A stretch of DNA of 64,000 nt from Eledone cirrhosa (taxonomy: Eukaryota): positions 12,276,001 through 12,340,000 of the forward strand of contig OZ024744.1 in NCBI GenBank assembly GCA_964016885.1, written 5' to 3'. Every line of letters begins with the position of its first letter. The stretch's first letter is position 1. The notes below the pieces were generated by a model. It saw only the letters and a list, made by a program, of their open reading frames with translations, did no database searches and was not told the DNA's origin. Shown here piece by piece: positions 27,701-42,700 of this stretch. A program made the translations under genes and the position numbers.

Positions 27701-30700
27701 GTGACCTTGGTCTCCATATTACCACAGAGACGAGGAAGACTTCTGGTGTCCTTGGTCTCCACATTACCACAGAGGAAAAGAACTCTGGTGTCCTTGGTCT
27801 CCATATTACCACAGAGGAGAAGAAGACCTCTGGTGTCCTTGGTTTCCATATTACCACAGAGGAGAGGACCTCTATTGTCCTTGGCCTCCACATTACCACA
27901 GAGGAGAGGAATACCTCTAGTGTCCTTGGTCCCCACATTACCACAGAGGAGAGGAAGAACCCTAGTGTCCTTGGTCTCCATATTACCACAGAGGAGACGA
28001 AGACCCCTTGTGTCCTTGGTCCTCACATTACCACAGAGAAGGGCACCTCTGTTGTCTTTGGTCTCCACATTACCACAGTGGAGAGGAAGACTTGTGGTGT
28101 CCTTGGTCTCCACATTACCACAGAGTAGAGGAAGACCCCGAGTGTCCTTCGTCTCCATATTACCACAGAGGAGAGGAAGACCTCTAGTGTCCTTGGTCCC
28201 CATATTACCACAGAGGAGAGAAACTCTGATGTCCTTGGTCTTCACATTACCACAGAGGAGAGGAAGACCCCTGGTGTCCTTGGTCTCCATATTACCACAG
28301 AGGAGAGGAATACCTCTAGTGTCCTTTGTCTCAACATTAGAGGAGAGGAGCTCTGGTGATTGGTTCCCACATTACGACAGAGGAGACGAAGCCCTCTGGT
28401 GTCGTTGGTCTCCATATTGCCACCGAGGAGAGGACTTCTGCTGTCCTTGGTTTCCACATAACCACAGAGGAGAGGAAGACCTCTGATGTCCTTGTTCTCC
28501 ATATTATAACAGAGAAGAGAACCTCTGGTGTGCTTAGTCTCCATATTAAAAACAGAGAAGAGGACCTCTGGTGTCCTTCCTCTCCTTATTACCACAGAAG
28601 AGAGAAAGATCTCCGGTGTCCTTGGTCTCCATATGGCAACAGAGGAGAGGAAGACCTATGGTGTCCTTGGTCTCCATATTACCAAAGAGTAGAGGACGAC
28701 CTCTGGTGTCCTTGGTCCACATATTTCCACAGAGTAGAGGACGACCTCTGGCATCTTTGGTCCCCATATTACAACAGAGGAAAGGACGACCCCTAGTGTC
28801 CTAGGTCCCCACATTACCACAGAGGAGAGGTCGACCTCTGGTGTCCTTGGTCTCCACATTACCACAGAGGAGAGGAAGACCCCTAGTGTGCTTGGTCTCC
28901 ATATTACCACAGAGGAGAGTAAGACCCCTAGTGTCCTTGGTCTCCATATTACCACAGAGACGAGGATGACCTCTGGTGTCCTTGGTCTCCATATAACCCC
29001 AGAGAAGAGGAAGAGCTCTGGTGTCCTTGGTACCCATATTACCACAGAGGTGAGGAAGACCTCTGCTGTCCTTGGTCCCCGTATTACCACAGAGGAGAGG
29101 ACGACCTCTGGTGTCCTTGGTCCCCACATTACAACAGAGGAAAGGACGACCTATGGTGTCCTTGGTCTCCACATTACCACAGTGGAGAGAAAGAATTCTT
29201 GTGTCCTTGGTCTTCATATTACCACAGAGGAGAGGAAGACTTCTGGTTTCCTTGGTCCCCACATTACCACTGAGAAGAGGAAGACCTCTGGTGTCCTTGG
29301 TCTCCTTATTACCACAGAAGAGAGGACCTCTGATGTCCTTTGTCTCCACATTACCACAGGAGAGAGGAGCTCTGGTGTCCTTGGTCTCCATATTACCCCA
29401 GAGGAGAGGAAGACCTCTGGTGTCCTTGGTCTCCACATTGTCACAGAGGAGAGGAAGATCTCTGGTGTCCTTGGTCCCCATATTACCACAGAGGAGAGGA
29501 CGACCTCTGGTGTCCTTGGTCCCCATATTACCACAGAGGAGAGGAAGACCCCTAGTGTCCTTGGTCCCCACATTACCACAGAGAAGAGCACCTCTGATGT
29601 CTTTGGTCTCCACATTACCACAGTGGAGAGGAAGACCTATGGTGTCCTTTGTCTCCACATTACCAAAGAGTAGATGAAGACTCAGAGTGTCCTTCGTCTC
29701 CATATTACCACAGAGGAGAGGAAGACCCCTAGTGTCCTTGGTCCCACATTACCACAGAGGAGAGGAAGACCTCTAGTGTCCTTGGTCCCCATATTACCAC
29801 AGAGGAGAGAACATCTGATGTCCTTGGTCTGCACATTACCACAGAGGAGAGGAAGACCCCTGGTGTCCTTGGTCTCCATATTACCACAGAGGAGAGGAAT
29901 ACCTCTAGTGTCCTTGGTCTCAACATTACCACAGAGGAGAGGATCTCTGGTGTCCTTGGTCTCCACATTACGACAGAGGAGACGAAGCCCTCTGGTGTCC
30001 TTGGACTCCATATCGTCACCGAGGAGAGAACTTCTGCTGTCTTTGGTTTCCACATTACCACAGAGGAGTGGAAGACCTCTGGTGTCTTTGGTCTCCATAT
30101 TATCACAGAGGAGCAGACCTCTGGTGTCCTTGATCTCCACATTACCACAGAGGAGCGAAACTCTGGTGACCTTGCTCTCCCCATTACCACATAGTAGAGG
30201 ACCTCTGGTGTCCTTGGTCTCCACATTACCACAGAGGATAGGAAGACCTCTGATGTCTTTGGTCTCCATATTATAACAGAGAAAAGAACCTCTGGTGTGC
30301 TTGTCTCCATATTAAAAACAGAGAAGAGGACCTCTGGTGTCCTTCGTCTCCATATTACCACAGAGGAGAGGAAGATCTATGGTGTCCTTGGTCTGCATAT
30401 TACCACAGAGGAGAGAAAACCTCTGGTGTCCTTGGTCCCCACATTACCACAGACGAGAGGAAGATCTCTGATGTCCTTGGTCTCCATATTACCACAGAGG
30501 AGAGGAAGACCTCTGGTGTCCTTAGGTCCCCACATTACCACAGACGAGAGGAAGACCTCTGATGTCCTTGGTCTCCATATTACCACAATGGAGAGGAAGA
30601 CCTCTGGTGTCCTTGCTCCCCACATTACCACAGACGAGAGGAAGACCTATGGTGTCCTTGGTCTCCATATTAAAAACAGAGAAGAGGACCTCTGGTGTCC

Positions 30701-33700
30701 TTCGTCTCCATATTACCACAGAGGAGAGTAAGACCTCTGGTGTCCTGGGTCTCCATATTATCACAGAGGAGAGGAAGAACTATGGTGTCTTTGGTGTCAA
30801 TATTACCACAGAGGAGAGGAAGATCTATGGTGTCCTTGGTCTCCATATTACCACAGAGGAGTGGAAGACCTATGGTGTCCTTGGTCTCCATATTACCACA
30901 TAGGAGAGGATGACCTCTGGTTTCCTTGGTCCCCATATTACCACAGAGGAGAGGAAGACCTCTGGTGTCCTTGCTCCCCACATTACCACAGATGAGAGGA
31001 AGACCTATGGTGTCCTTGGTCTCCATATTACCACAGAGGAGTGGAAGACCTATGGTGTCCTTCGTCTCCATATTACCACAGAGGAGAGGAAGACCTCTGG
31101 TTTCCTTGGTCCACATATTACCACAGAGGAGAGGAAGACCTCTGGTATCCTTGGTCCCGATATTAACACAGAGGAGCGGAAGACCTATGGTGTCCTTCGT
31201 CTCCATATTACCACAGAGGATAGGAAGACCTTTGGTGTCCTTGGTCCCCATATTACCACAGAACAGAGGACGACCTCTGGTCTCCTTGGTCCCGATATTA
31301 CCACAGAGGAGAGGATGACCTCTGATGTCCTTGGTCTCCACATTACCACAGAGGAGAAAAAATCTGGTGTTCTTGGTCTCCATATTACCACAGAGGAGAG
31401 GAAGACTTCTGGTGTCCTTGGTCTCCACATTACGACAGATGAGAGGACCTCTGATGTCCTTGGGCTCCATATTACCCCAGAGGAGAGGAAGACCTCTCGT
31501 GTCCTTGGTCTCCACATTACCACAGACGAGAGGAGAGTAAGACCTCTGGTGTCCTTGGTCTCCACATTACTACAGAGGAGAGGAAGACCTCTGGTGTCCT
31601 TGGTCTCCATATTACCACAGAGGAGAGGAAGACCTCTGGTGTCCTTCGTCCCCATATTACCACAGACGAGAGGACGACCTCTGGTATCCTTGGTCCCCAT
31701 ATTACCAGAGAGGAGAGGAAGACCTCTGTTGTCATTGGTCCCCATATTACCATAGAGGAGAGGAAAACCTCTTGTGTCCTTGGTCTCCACATTACCACAG
31801 AGGAGAAGAAGACCTATGGTGTCCTTGGTCTCCATATTACCACAGAGGGGACGACCTCTGGTATCCTTGGTCCCCATATTACCACAGAGGAGAGGAAGAC
31901 CTCCGGTGTCCTTGGTCCCCATATTACCACAGAGAAGAGGACCTCTGGTGACCTTGGTCTCCATATTACCACAGAGACGAGGAAGACTTCTGGTGTCCTT
32001 GGTCTCCACATTACCACAGAGGAGAAGAACTCTGGTGTCCTTGGTCTCCATATTACCACAGAGGAGAGGAAGACCTCTGGTGACCTTGGTTTCCATATTA
32101 CCACAGAGGAGAGGACCTCTATTGTCCTTGGTCTCCACATTACCACAGAGGAGAGGAATACCTCTAGTGTCCTTGGTCCCCACATTACCACAGAGGAGAG
32201 GAAGACCTATGGTGTCCTTGGTCTCCATATTACCACAGAGGAGACGAAGACCCCTTGTGTCCTTGGTCCTCACATTACCACAGAGAAGAGCACCTCTGAT
32301 GTCCTTGGTCTCCACATTACCACAGAGTAGAGGTAGACCTCTAGTGTCCTTGGTCCACATATTACCACAGAGGAAAGAACCTCTGATGTCTTTGGTCTTC
32401 ACATTAACACAGAGGAGAGGAAGACCCCTGGTGTCCTAGGTCTCCATATTACCACAGAGGAGAGGAATACCTCTAGTGTCCTTTGTCTCAACATTAGAGG
32501 AGAGGAGCTCTGGTGATTGGTCTCCACATTACGACAGAGGAGACGAAGCCCTCTGGTGTCGTTGGTCTCCATATTGCCACCGAGGAGAGGACTTCTGCTG
32601 TCCTTGGTTTCCACATAACCACAGAGGAGAGGAAGACCTCTGGTGTCTTTGGTCTCTAAATTATCACAGAGGAGAAGACCTCTGGTGTCCTTGGTCTCCA
32701 CATTACCACACAGGATAGGAAGACCTCTGATGTCCTTGGTCTCCATATTATAACAGAGAAGAGAACCTCTGGTGTGCTTAGTCTCCATATTAAAAACAGA
32801 GAAGAGGACCTCTGGTGTCCTTCGTCTCCATATTACCACAGAGGAGAGAAAGATCTCTGGTGTCCTTGGTCTCCATATTGCCACAGAGGAGAGGAAGACC
32901 TATGGTGTCCTTGGTCTCCATATTACCAAAGAGTATAGTACGACCTCTGGTGTCCTTGGTCCACATATTGCCACAGAGGAGAGGACGACCTTTGGCGTCT
33001 TTGGTCCCCATATTACAACAGAGGAGAGGACGACCCCTAGTGTCCTAGGTCCCCACATTACCACAGAGGAGAGGTCGACCTCTGGTGTCCTTGGTCTCCA
33101 CATTACCACAGAGGAGAGGAAGACCCCTAGTGTGCTTGGTCCCAACATTACCACAGAGGAGAGGAACTCTGTTGTCGTTGGTCTCCATATTACCACAGAT
33201 GAGAGGAACTCTGATGTCCTTGGCCTCCATATTACCACACAGGAGAGGACCTCTGGTGTCCTTGATCTCCATATTCCCACAGAGGAGAGGAAGAACTCTG
33301 TTGTCCTTGGTCTCCACATTACCACAGAGGAGAGGACCTCTGATGTCCTTGGTCTCCACATTACCACAGGGGAGAGGAGCTCCGGTGTCTTTAGTCTCCA
33401 TATTACCACAGAGGAGAGGACCTCTGATGTCTTTGGTCTCCACATTATCACAGAGGAGTAGAAGACTTCTAGTGTTCTTGGTCTCCATATTACCACAGAG
33501 GAGTAGAAGAATTCTAGTGTCCTTGGTCCCCAAATTACCACAGATTAGAGTAACCTCTGGTGTCCTTGGTCTCCACATTGTCACAGAGGAGAGGAAGACC
33601 TCTGGTGTCCTTGGTCTCCATATTACCACAGAGGAGAGATCCTCTGATGTCCTTGGTCCCCGTATTACCACAGAGGAGAGATCCTATGATGATCTTGGTC

Positions 33701-36700
33701 TCCATATTACCACAGAGGAGAGATCCTCTGATGTCCTTGGTCTCCATATTACCACAGAGGAGAGATCCTATGATGACCTTGGTCTCCATATTACCACAGA
33801 AAAGAGGAAGACCTCTAGTGTCCTTGGTCTCTACATTACCACAGAGGAGAGGAACACCTCTACTGTCCTTGGTCTCCACATTACCACAGAGGAGAGGAAG
33901 ACCTCTGGTGTCCTTTGTCTCCATATTACCAGAGAGGAGAGGTCCTCTGATGTCCTTGGTCCCCGTATTACCACAGAGGAGAGGAAGACCTCTGGTGAAC
34001 TTGGTCTCCATATAACCACAGAAGAGAGGAAGAGCTCTAGTGTCCTTGTTCCCAACATTACCACAGACGAGAGGAACTCTGATGTCCTTGGTCTCCATAT
34101 TACCACAGAGGAGAGGAACTCTGATGTCTTTTGTCTCCATATTACCACACAGGAGAGGACCTCTGGTGTCCTTGGTCTCCACATTACCACAGAGAAGAGG
34201 ACGACCTCTCGTTTTCCTTGGTCTCCACATTACTACAGAGGAGAGGAAGACCTCTGGTGTCCTTTGTCTCCACATTACGACTGAGGAGGCGAAGACCTCT
34301 GGTGTCCTCTGTCTCCATATTACCACAGAGGAGAGGAAGACCTCTGGTTTCCTTGGTCCCCATATTACCACACAGGAGAGGAAGACCTCTGGTATCCTCG
34401 GTCCCCATATTACCACAGAACAGAGGACGACCTCTGGTGTCCTTGGTCCCGATATTACAACAGAGGAGAGGATGACATCTGATGTCCTTGGTCTCCACAT
34501 TACCACAGAGGAGAACAAATCTGGTGTTCTTGGTGTCCATATTACCACAGAGGAGAGGAAGACTTCTGGTGTCCTTGGTCTCCACATTACCACAGATGAG
34601 AGGATCTCTGATGTCCTTTGGCTCCATATTACCCCAGAGGAGAGGAAGACCTCTCGTGTCCTTGGTCTCCATATTACCACAGAGCAGAGTAAGACCTCTG
34701 GTGTCCTTGCTCTCCACATTACTACAGAGTAGAGGAAGACCTCTGGTGTCCTTGGTCCCCATATTACCACAGAGGAGAGGACCTCTGATGTCCTTGGTCT
34801 ACATATTACCAAAGAGGAGAGGACCTCTGATGTCCTTGGTCTCCATATTACCACAGAGGAGAGGACGACGTCTGGTATCCTTGGTCCCCATATTACCAGA
34901 GAGGAGAGGAGGACCTCTGGTGTCAGTGGTCCCCATATTACCACAGAGGAGAGGAAGACCTCTCGTGTCCTTGGTCTCCACATTACCACAGAGGAGAAGA
35001 AGACCTATGGTGTCCTTGGTCTCCATATTACCACAGAGGAGACGACCTCTGGTATCGTTGGTCCCCATATTACCACAGAGGAGAGGAAGACCTCTGCTGT
35101 ACTTGGTACCCATATTACCACAGAGAAGAGGACCTCTGGTGACCTTGGTCTCCATATTACCACAGAGACGAGGAAGACTTCTGGTGTCCTTGGTCTCCAC
35201 ATTACCACAGAGGAGAAGAACTCTGGTGTCCTTGGTCTCCTTATTACCACAGAGGAGAGGAAGACCTCTGGTGTCCTTGGTTTCCATATTACCACAGAGG
35301 AGAGGACCTCTATTGTCCTTGGTCCCCACATTACCACAGAGGAGAGGAAGAACCCTAGTCTCCTTGGTCTCCATATTACCACAGAGGAGACGATTACCTC
35401 TAGTGTCCTTGGTCTCAACATTACCACAGAGGAGAGGAGCTCTGGTGTCCTTCGTCTCCACATTACGACAGAGGAGACGAAGCCCTCTGGTGTCCTTGGT
35501 CTCCATATTGCCACCGAGGAGAGGACTTCTGCTGTCCTCGGTTTCCACATTACCACAGAGGAGAGGACCTCTGGTGTCCTTGGTCTCCACATTACAACAG
35601 AGGATAGTAAGACCTCTGATGTCCTTGGTCTCCATATTATAACAGAGAAAAGAACCTCTGGTGTCCTTGGTCCAGATATTGCCACAGAGTAGAGGACGAC
35701 CTCTGGTGGCCTTGGTCCAGATATTGCCACAGAGGAGAGGACGACCTCTGGCGTCTTTGGTCCCCATGTTACCACAGAGGAGAGGAAGACCTCTCGTGTC
35801 CTTGCTCCCCACATTACCACAGAGAAGAGGAAGACCTCTGGTGTCCTTGCTCCCCACATTACCACAGACGAGAGGAAGACCACTAGTCTCCTTGGTCTGC
35901 ACATTACCACAGATTAGTGGAGGACCTCTAGTGTCCTTGGTCCCCACATTACCACAGAGGAGAGGAAGACCCCTAGTGTGCTTGGTCTCCATATTACCAC
36001 AGAGGAGAGGAAGACCTCTAGTGTCCTTGGTCCCAACATTACCACAGAGGAGAGGAACTCTGATGGCCTTGGTCTCCATATTACCACAGAAAAGAGGAAC
36101 TCTGATGTCCTTGGCCTCCATATTTCCACACAGGAGAGGACCTCTGGTGTCCTTGGTCTCCATATTCCCACAGAGGAGAGGAAGACCTCTGTTGTCCTTG
36201 GTCTCCAGATTACCACAGGAGAGAGGAAGACCTCTAGTGTCCTTGCTCCCCAAATTACCACAGAGAAGAGGACCTCTGGTGTCCTTGGTCTCCATATTAC
36301 CACATAGGAGAGGAAGACCTCTTATGTCCTTGGTCTCCACATTACCACAGGGGAAAGGAACTCTGGTGTCCTTAGTCTCCATATTACCACAGAGGAGAGG
36401 ACCTCTGATGTCCTTGGTCTCCACATTATCACAGAGGAGTAGAAGACTTCTAGTGTTCTTGGTCTCCATATTACCACAGAGGAGTAGAAGACTTCTAGTG
36501 TTCTTGGTCTCCATATTACCACAGAGGAGTAGAAGACCTCTAGTGTCCTTGGTCCCCACATTACCACAGATTAGAGTGACCTCTGGTGTCCCTGGTCTCC
36601 ACATTACCACAGAGGAGAGGAAGACCTCTGGTGTCCTTGGTCTCCATATTACCACAGAGGAGAGATCCTCTGATGTCCTTGGTCTCCATATTACCACAGA

Positions 36701-39700
36701 GGAGAGGAAGACCTCTAGTGTCCTTGGTCTCTACATTACCACAGAGGAGAGGAACACCTCTACTGTCCTTGGTCTCCACATTACCACATAGGAGAGGAAG
36801 ACCTCTGGTGTCCTTTGTCTCCATATTACCACAGAGGAGAGGACCTCTGATGTCATTGGTCCCCGTATTACCACAGAGGAGAGGAAGACCTCTGGTCACC
36901 TTGGTCTCCATATAAACACAGAGGAGAGGAAGAGCTCTAGTGTCCATGGTCTCCACATTACCACAGAGGGGGGGAGGACCTCTGGTGTCCTCTGTCTCCA
37001 TATTACCACAGAGGAGAGGAAGACCTCTGGTTTACTTGGTCCCCATATTACCACACAGGAGAGGAAGACCTCTGGTATCCTTGGTGCCCATATTACCACA
37101 GAGGATAGGAAGACCTTTGGTGTCCTTGGTCCCCATATTACCACAGAACAGAGGACAACCTCTGGTGTCCTCTGTCCCGATATTACCACAGAGGAGAGGA
37201 TGACCTCTGATGTCCTTGGTCTCCACATTACCACAGAGGAGAAAAAATCTGGTGTTCTTGGTCTCCATATTACCACAGAGGAGAGGAAGACTTCTGATGT
37301 CCTTGGTCTCCATATTACCACAGATGAGAGGACCTCTGATGTCCTTGGGCTCCATATTACCCCAGAGGAGAGGAAGACCTCTCGTGTCCTTGGTTTCCAT
37401 ATTACCACAGAGGAGAGTAAGACCTCTGGTGTCCTTGGTCTCCACATTACTACAGAGGAGAGGAAGACCTCTGGTGTCCTTCGTCCCCATATTACCACAG
37501 AGGAGAGGACCTCTGATGTCCTTGGTCTCCATATTACCAAAGAGGAGAGGACCTCTGATGTCCTTGGTCTCCATATTACCACAGAGGAGAGGAAGACCTC
37601 TGGTGTCCTTCGTCCCCATATTAACACAGAGGAGAGGACGACCTCTGGAATCCTTGGTCCCCATATTACGAGAGAGGAGAGGAAGACCTCTGGTGTCATT
37701 GGTCCCCATATTAACACAGAGGAGAGGAAGACCTCTCGTGTCCTTGGTCTCCACATTACCACAGAGGAGAAGAAGACCTATGGTGTCCTTGGTCTCCATA
37801 TTACCACAGAGGAGACGACCTCTGGTATCCTTGGTCCCCATATTACCACAAAGGAGAGGAAGACCTCAGGTGTCCTTGGTCCCCATATTACCACAGAGAA
37901 GAGGACCTCTGGTGTCCTTGGTCTCCATATTACCACAGAGGAGAGGAAGACTTCTGGTGTCCTTGGTCTCCACATTACCACAGATGAGAGGATCTCTGAT
38001 GTCCTTTGGCTCCATATTACCCCAGAGGAGAGGAAGACCTCTCGTGTCCTTGGTCTCCATATTACCACAGAGCAGAGTAAGACCTCTGGTGTCCTTGCTC
38101 TCCACATTACTACAGAGTAGAGGAAGACCTCTGGTGTCCTTGGTCCCCATATTACCACAGAGGAGAGGACCTCTGATGTCCTTGGTCTACATATTACCAA
38201 AGAGGAGAGGACCTCTGATGTCCTTGGTCTCCATATTACCACAGAGGAGAGGACGACGTCTGGTATCCTTGGTCCCCATATTACCAGAGAGGAGAGGAGG
38301 ACCTCTGGTGTCAGTGGTCCCCATATTACCACAGAGGAGAGGAAGACCTCTCGTGTCCTTGGTCTCCACATTACCACAGAGGAGAAGAAGACCTATGGTG
38401 TCCTTGGTCTCCATATTACCACAGAGGAGACGACCTCTGGTATCGTTGGTCCCCATATTACCACAGAGGAGAGGAAGACCTCTGCTGTACTTGGTACCCA
38501 TATTACCACAGAGAAGAGGACCTCTGGTGACCTTGGTCTCCATATTACCACAGAGACGAGGAAGACTTCTGGTGTCCTTGGTCTCCACATTACCACAGAG
38601 GAGAAGAACTCTGGTGTCCTTGGTCTCCTTATTACCACAGAGGAGAGGAAGACCTCTGGTGTCCTTGGTTTCCATATTACCACAGAGGAGAGGACCTCTA
38701 TTGTCCTTGGTCCCCACATTACCACAGAGGAGAGGAAGAACCCTAGTCTCCTTGGTCTCCATATTACCACAGAGGAGACGATTACCTCTAGTGTCCTTGG
38801 TCTCAACATTACCACAGAGGAGAGGAGCTCTGGTGTCCTTCGTCTCCACATTACGACAGAGGAGACGAAGCCCTCTGGTGTCCTTGGTCTCCATATTGCC
38901 ACCGAGGAGAGGACTTCTGCTGTCCTCGGTTTCCACATTACCACAGAGGAGAGGACCTCTGGTGTCCTTGGTCTCCACATTACAACAGAGGATAGTAAGA
39001 CCTCTGATGTCCTTGGTCTCCATATTATAACAGAGAAAAGAACCTCTGGTGTCCTTGGTCCAGATATTGCCACAGAGTAGAGGACGACCTCTGGTGGCCT
39101 TGGTCCAGATATTGCAACAGAGGAGAGGACGACCTCTGGCGTCTTTGGTCCCCATGTTACCACAGAGGAGAGGAAGACCTCTCGTGTCCTTGCTCCCCAC
39201 ATTACCACAGAGAAGAGGAAGACCTCTGGTGTCCTTGCTCCCCACATTACCACAGACGAGAGGAAGACCACTAGTCTCCTTGGTCTGCACATTACCACAG
39301 ATTAGTGGAGGACCTCTAGTGTCCTTGGTCCCCACATTACCACAGAGGAGAGGAAGACCCCTAGTGTGCTTGGTCTCCATATTACCACAGAGGAGAGGAA
39401 GACCTCTAGTGTCCTTGGTCCCAACATTACCACAGAGGAGAGGAACTCTGATGGCCTTGGTCTCCATATTACCACAGAAAAGAGGAACTCTGATGTCCTT
39501 GGCCTCCATATTTCCACACAGGAGAGGACCTCTGGTGTCCTTGGTCTCCATATTCCCACAGAGGAGAGGAAGACCTCTGTTGTCCTTGGTCTCCAGATTA
39601 CCACAGGAGAGAGGAAGACCTCTAGTGTCCTTGCTCCCCAAATTACCACAGAGAAGAGGACCTCTGGTGTCCTTGGTCTCCATATTACCACATAGGAGAG

Positions 39701-42700
39701 GAAGACCTCTTATGTCCTTGGTCTCCACATTACCACAGGGGAAAGGAACTCTGGTGTCCTTAGTCTCCATATTACCACAGAGGAGAGGACCTCTGATGTC
39801 CTTGGTCTCCACATTATCACAGAGGAGTAGAAGACTTCTAGTGTTCTTGGTCTCCATATTACCACAGAGGAGTAGAAGACTTCTAGTGTTCTTGGTCTCC
39901 ATATTACCACAGAGGAGTAGAAGACCTCTAGTGTCCTTGGTCCCCACATTACCACAGATTAGAGTGACCTCTGGTGTCCCTGGTCTCCACATTACCACAG
40001 AGGAGAGGAAGACCTCTGGTGTCCTTGGTCTCCATATTACCACAGAGGAGAGATCCTCTGATGTCCTTGGTCTCCATATTACCACAGAGGAGAGGAAGAC
40101 CTCTAGTGTCCTTGGTCTCTACATTACCACAGAGGAGAGGAACACCTCTACTGTCCTTGGTCTCCACATTACCACATAGGAGAGGAAGACCTCTGGTGTC
40201 CTTTGTCTCCATATTACCACAGAGGAGAGGACCTCTGATGTCATTGGTCCCCGTATTACCACAGAGGAGAGGAAGACCTCTGGTCACCTTGGTCTCCATA
40301 TAAACACAGAGGAGAGGAAGAGCTCTAGTGTCCATGGTCTCCACATTACCACAGAGGGGGGGAGGACCTCTGGTGTCCTCTGTCTCCATATTACCACAGA
40401 GGAGAGGAAGACCTCTGGTTTACTTGGTCCCCATATTACCACACAGGAGAGGAAGACCTCTGGTATCCTTGGTGCCCATATTACCACAGAGGATAGGAAG
40501 ACCTTTGGTGTCCTTGGTCCCCATATTACCACAGAACAGAGGACAACCTCTGGTGTCCTCTGTCCCGATATTACCACAGAGGAGAGGATGACCTCTGATG
40601 TCCTTGGTCTCCACATTACCACAGAGGAGAAAAAATCTGGTGTTCTTGGTCTCCATATTACCACAGAGGAGAGGAAGACTTCTGATGTCCTTGGTCTCCA
40701 TATTACCACAGATGAGAGGACCTCTGATGTCCTTGGGCTCCATATTACCCCAGAGGAGAGGAAGACCTCTCGTGTCCTTGGTTTCCATATTACCACAGAG
40801 GAGAGTAAGACCTCTGGTGTCCTTGGTCTCCACATTACTACAGAGGAGAGGAAGACCTCTGGTGTCCTTCGTCCCCATATTACCACAGAGGAGAGGACCT
40901 CTGATGTCCTTGGTCTCCATATTACCAAAGAGGAGAGGACCTCTGATGTCCTTGGTCTCCATATTACCACAGAGGAGAGGAAGACCTCTGGTGTCCTTCG
41001 TCCCCATATTAACACAGAGGAGAGGACGACCTCTGGAATCCTTGGTCCCCATATTACGAGAGAGGAGAGGAAGACCTCTGGTGTCATTGGTCCCCATATT
41101 AACACAGAGGAGAGGAAGACCTCTCGTGTCCTTGGTCTCCACATTACCACAGAGGAGAAGAAGACCTATGGTGTCCTTGGTCTCCATATTACCACAGAGG
41201 AGACGACCTCTGGTATCCTTGGTCCCCATATTACCACAAAGGAGAGGAAGACCTCAGGTGTCCTTGGTCCCCATATTACCACAGAGAAGAGGACCTCTGG
41301 TGTCCTTGGTCTCCATATTACCACAGAGGAGAGGAAGACCTCTGGTGTCATTGGTTTCCATATTACCACAGAGGAGAGGACCTCTATTGTCCTTGGTCTC
41401 CACATTACCACAGAGGAGAGGAATACCTCTAGTGTCCTTGGTCCCCACATTACCACAGAGGAGAGGAAGAAGCCTAGTGTCCTTGGTCTCCATATTACCA
41501 CAGAGGAGACGAAGATCCCTTGTGTCCTTGGTCCACACATTACCACAGAGAAGAGCACCTCTGATGTCTTTTGTCTCCACATTACCACAGTGGAGAGGAA
41601 GACTTGTGGTGTCCTTGGTCTCCACATTACCACAGAGTAGAGGAAGACCCCGAGTGTCCTTCTTCTCCATATTATCACAGAGGAGAGGAAGACCTCTAGT
41701 GTCCTTGGTCCCCATATTACCACAGAGGAGAGAACCTCTGATGTCCTTGGTCTCCATATTACCACAGAGGAGAGGAAGACCCCTGGTGTCCTTGGTCTCC
41801 ATATTACCACAGAGGAGAGGAATATCTCTAGTGTCCTTGGTCTCAACATTACCACAGAGGAGAGGAGCTCTGGTGTCCTTGGTCTCCACATTACGACAGA
41901 GGAGACGAAGCCCTCTGGTGTCCTTGGTCTCCATATTGCCACCGAGGAGAGGACTTCTTCTGCCCTTGGTTTCCACATTACCACAGAGGAGAGGAAGACC
42001 TCTGGTGTCTTTGGTCTCTAAATTATCACAGAGGAGAAGACCTCTGGTGTCCTTGGTCTCTCCATTACCACAGAGGAGAGGACCTCTGGTGTCCTTCGTC
42101 TCCATATTACCACATAGGATAGGAAGACCTCTGATGTCCTTGGTCTCCATATTATAACAGAGAAAAGAACCTCTGGTGTGCTTGGTCTCCATATTAAAAA
42201 CAGAGAAGAGGACCTCTGGTGTCCTTCGTCTCCACATTACCACATAGGATAGGAAGACCTCTGATGTCCTTGGTCTCCATATTATAACAGAGAAAAGAAC
42301 CTCTGGTGTGCTTGGTCTCCATATTAAAAACAGAGAAGAGGACCTCTGGTGTCCTTCGTCTCCATATTACCACAGAGGAGAGAAAGACCTCTGGTGTCCT
42401 TGGTCTCCATATTGCCACAGAGGAGAGGAAGAACTCTGGTGTCCTTGGTCCCCACATTACCTACCACAGAGTAGAGGAAGACCTCTGCGACCTTGGTCTC
42501 CATATTACCACAGAGTAGAGTAAGACCTATGGTGTCCTTGGTCTCCATATTACCACAGAGGAGAGGACGACCTCTGGTGTCCTTGGTCCACATATTGCTA
42601 CAGAGGAGAGAACGACCTCTGGCGTCTTTGGTCCCCATATTACAACAGAGGAGAGGACGACCCCTGGTGTCCTACGTCCCCACATTACCACAGAGGAGAG

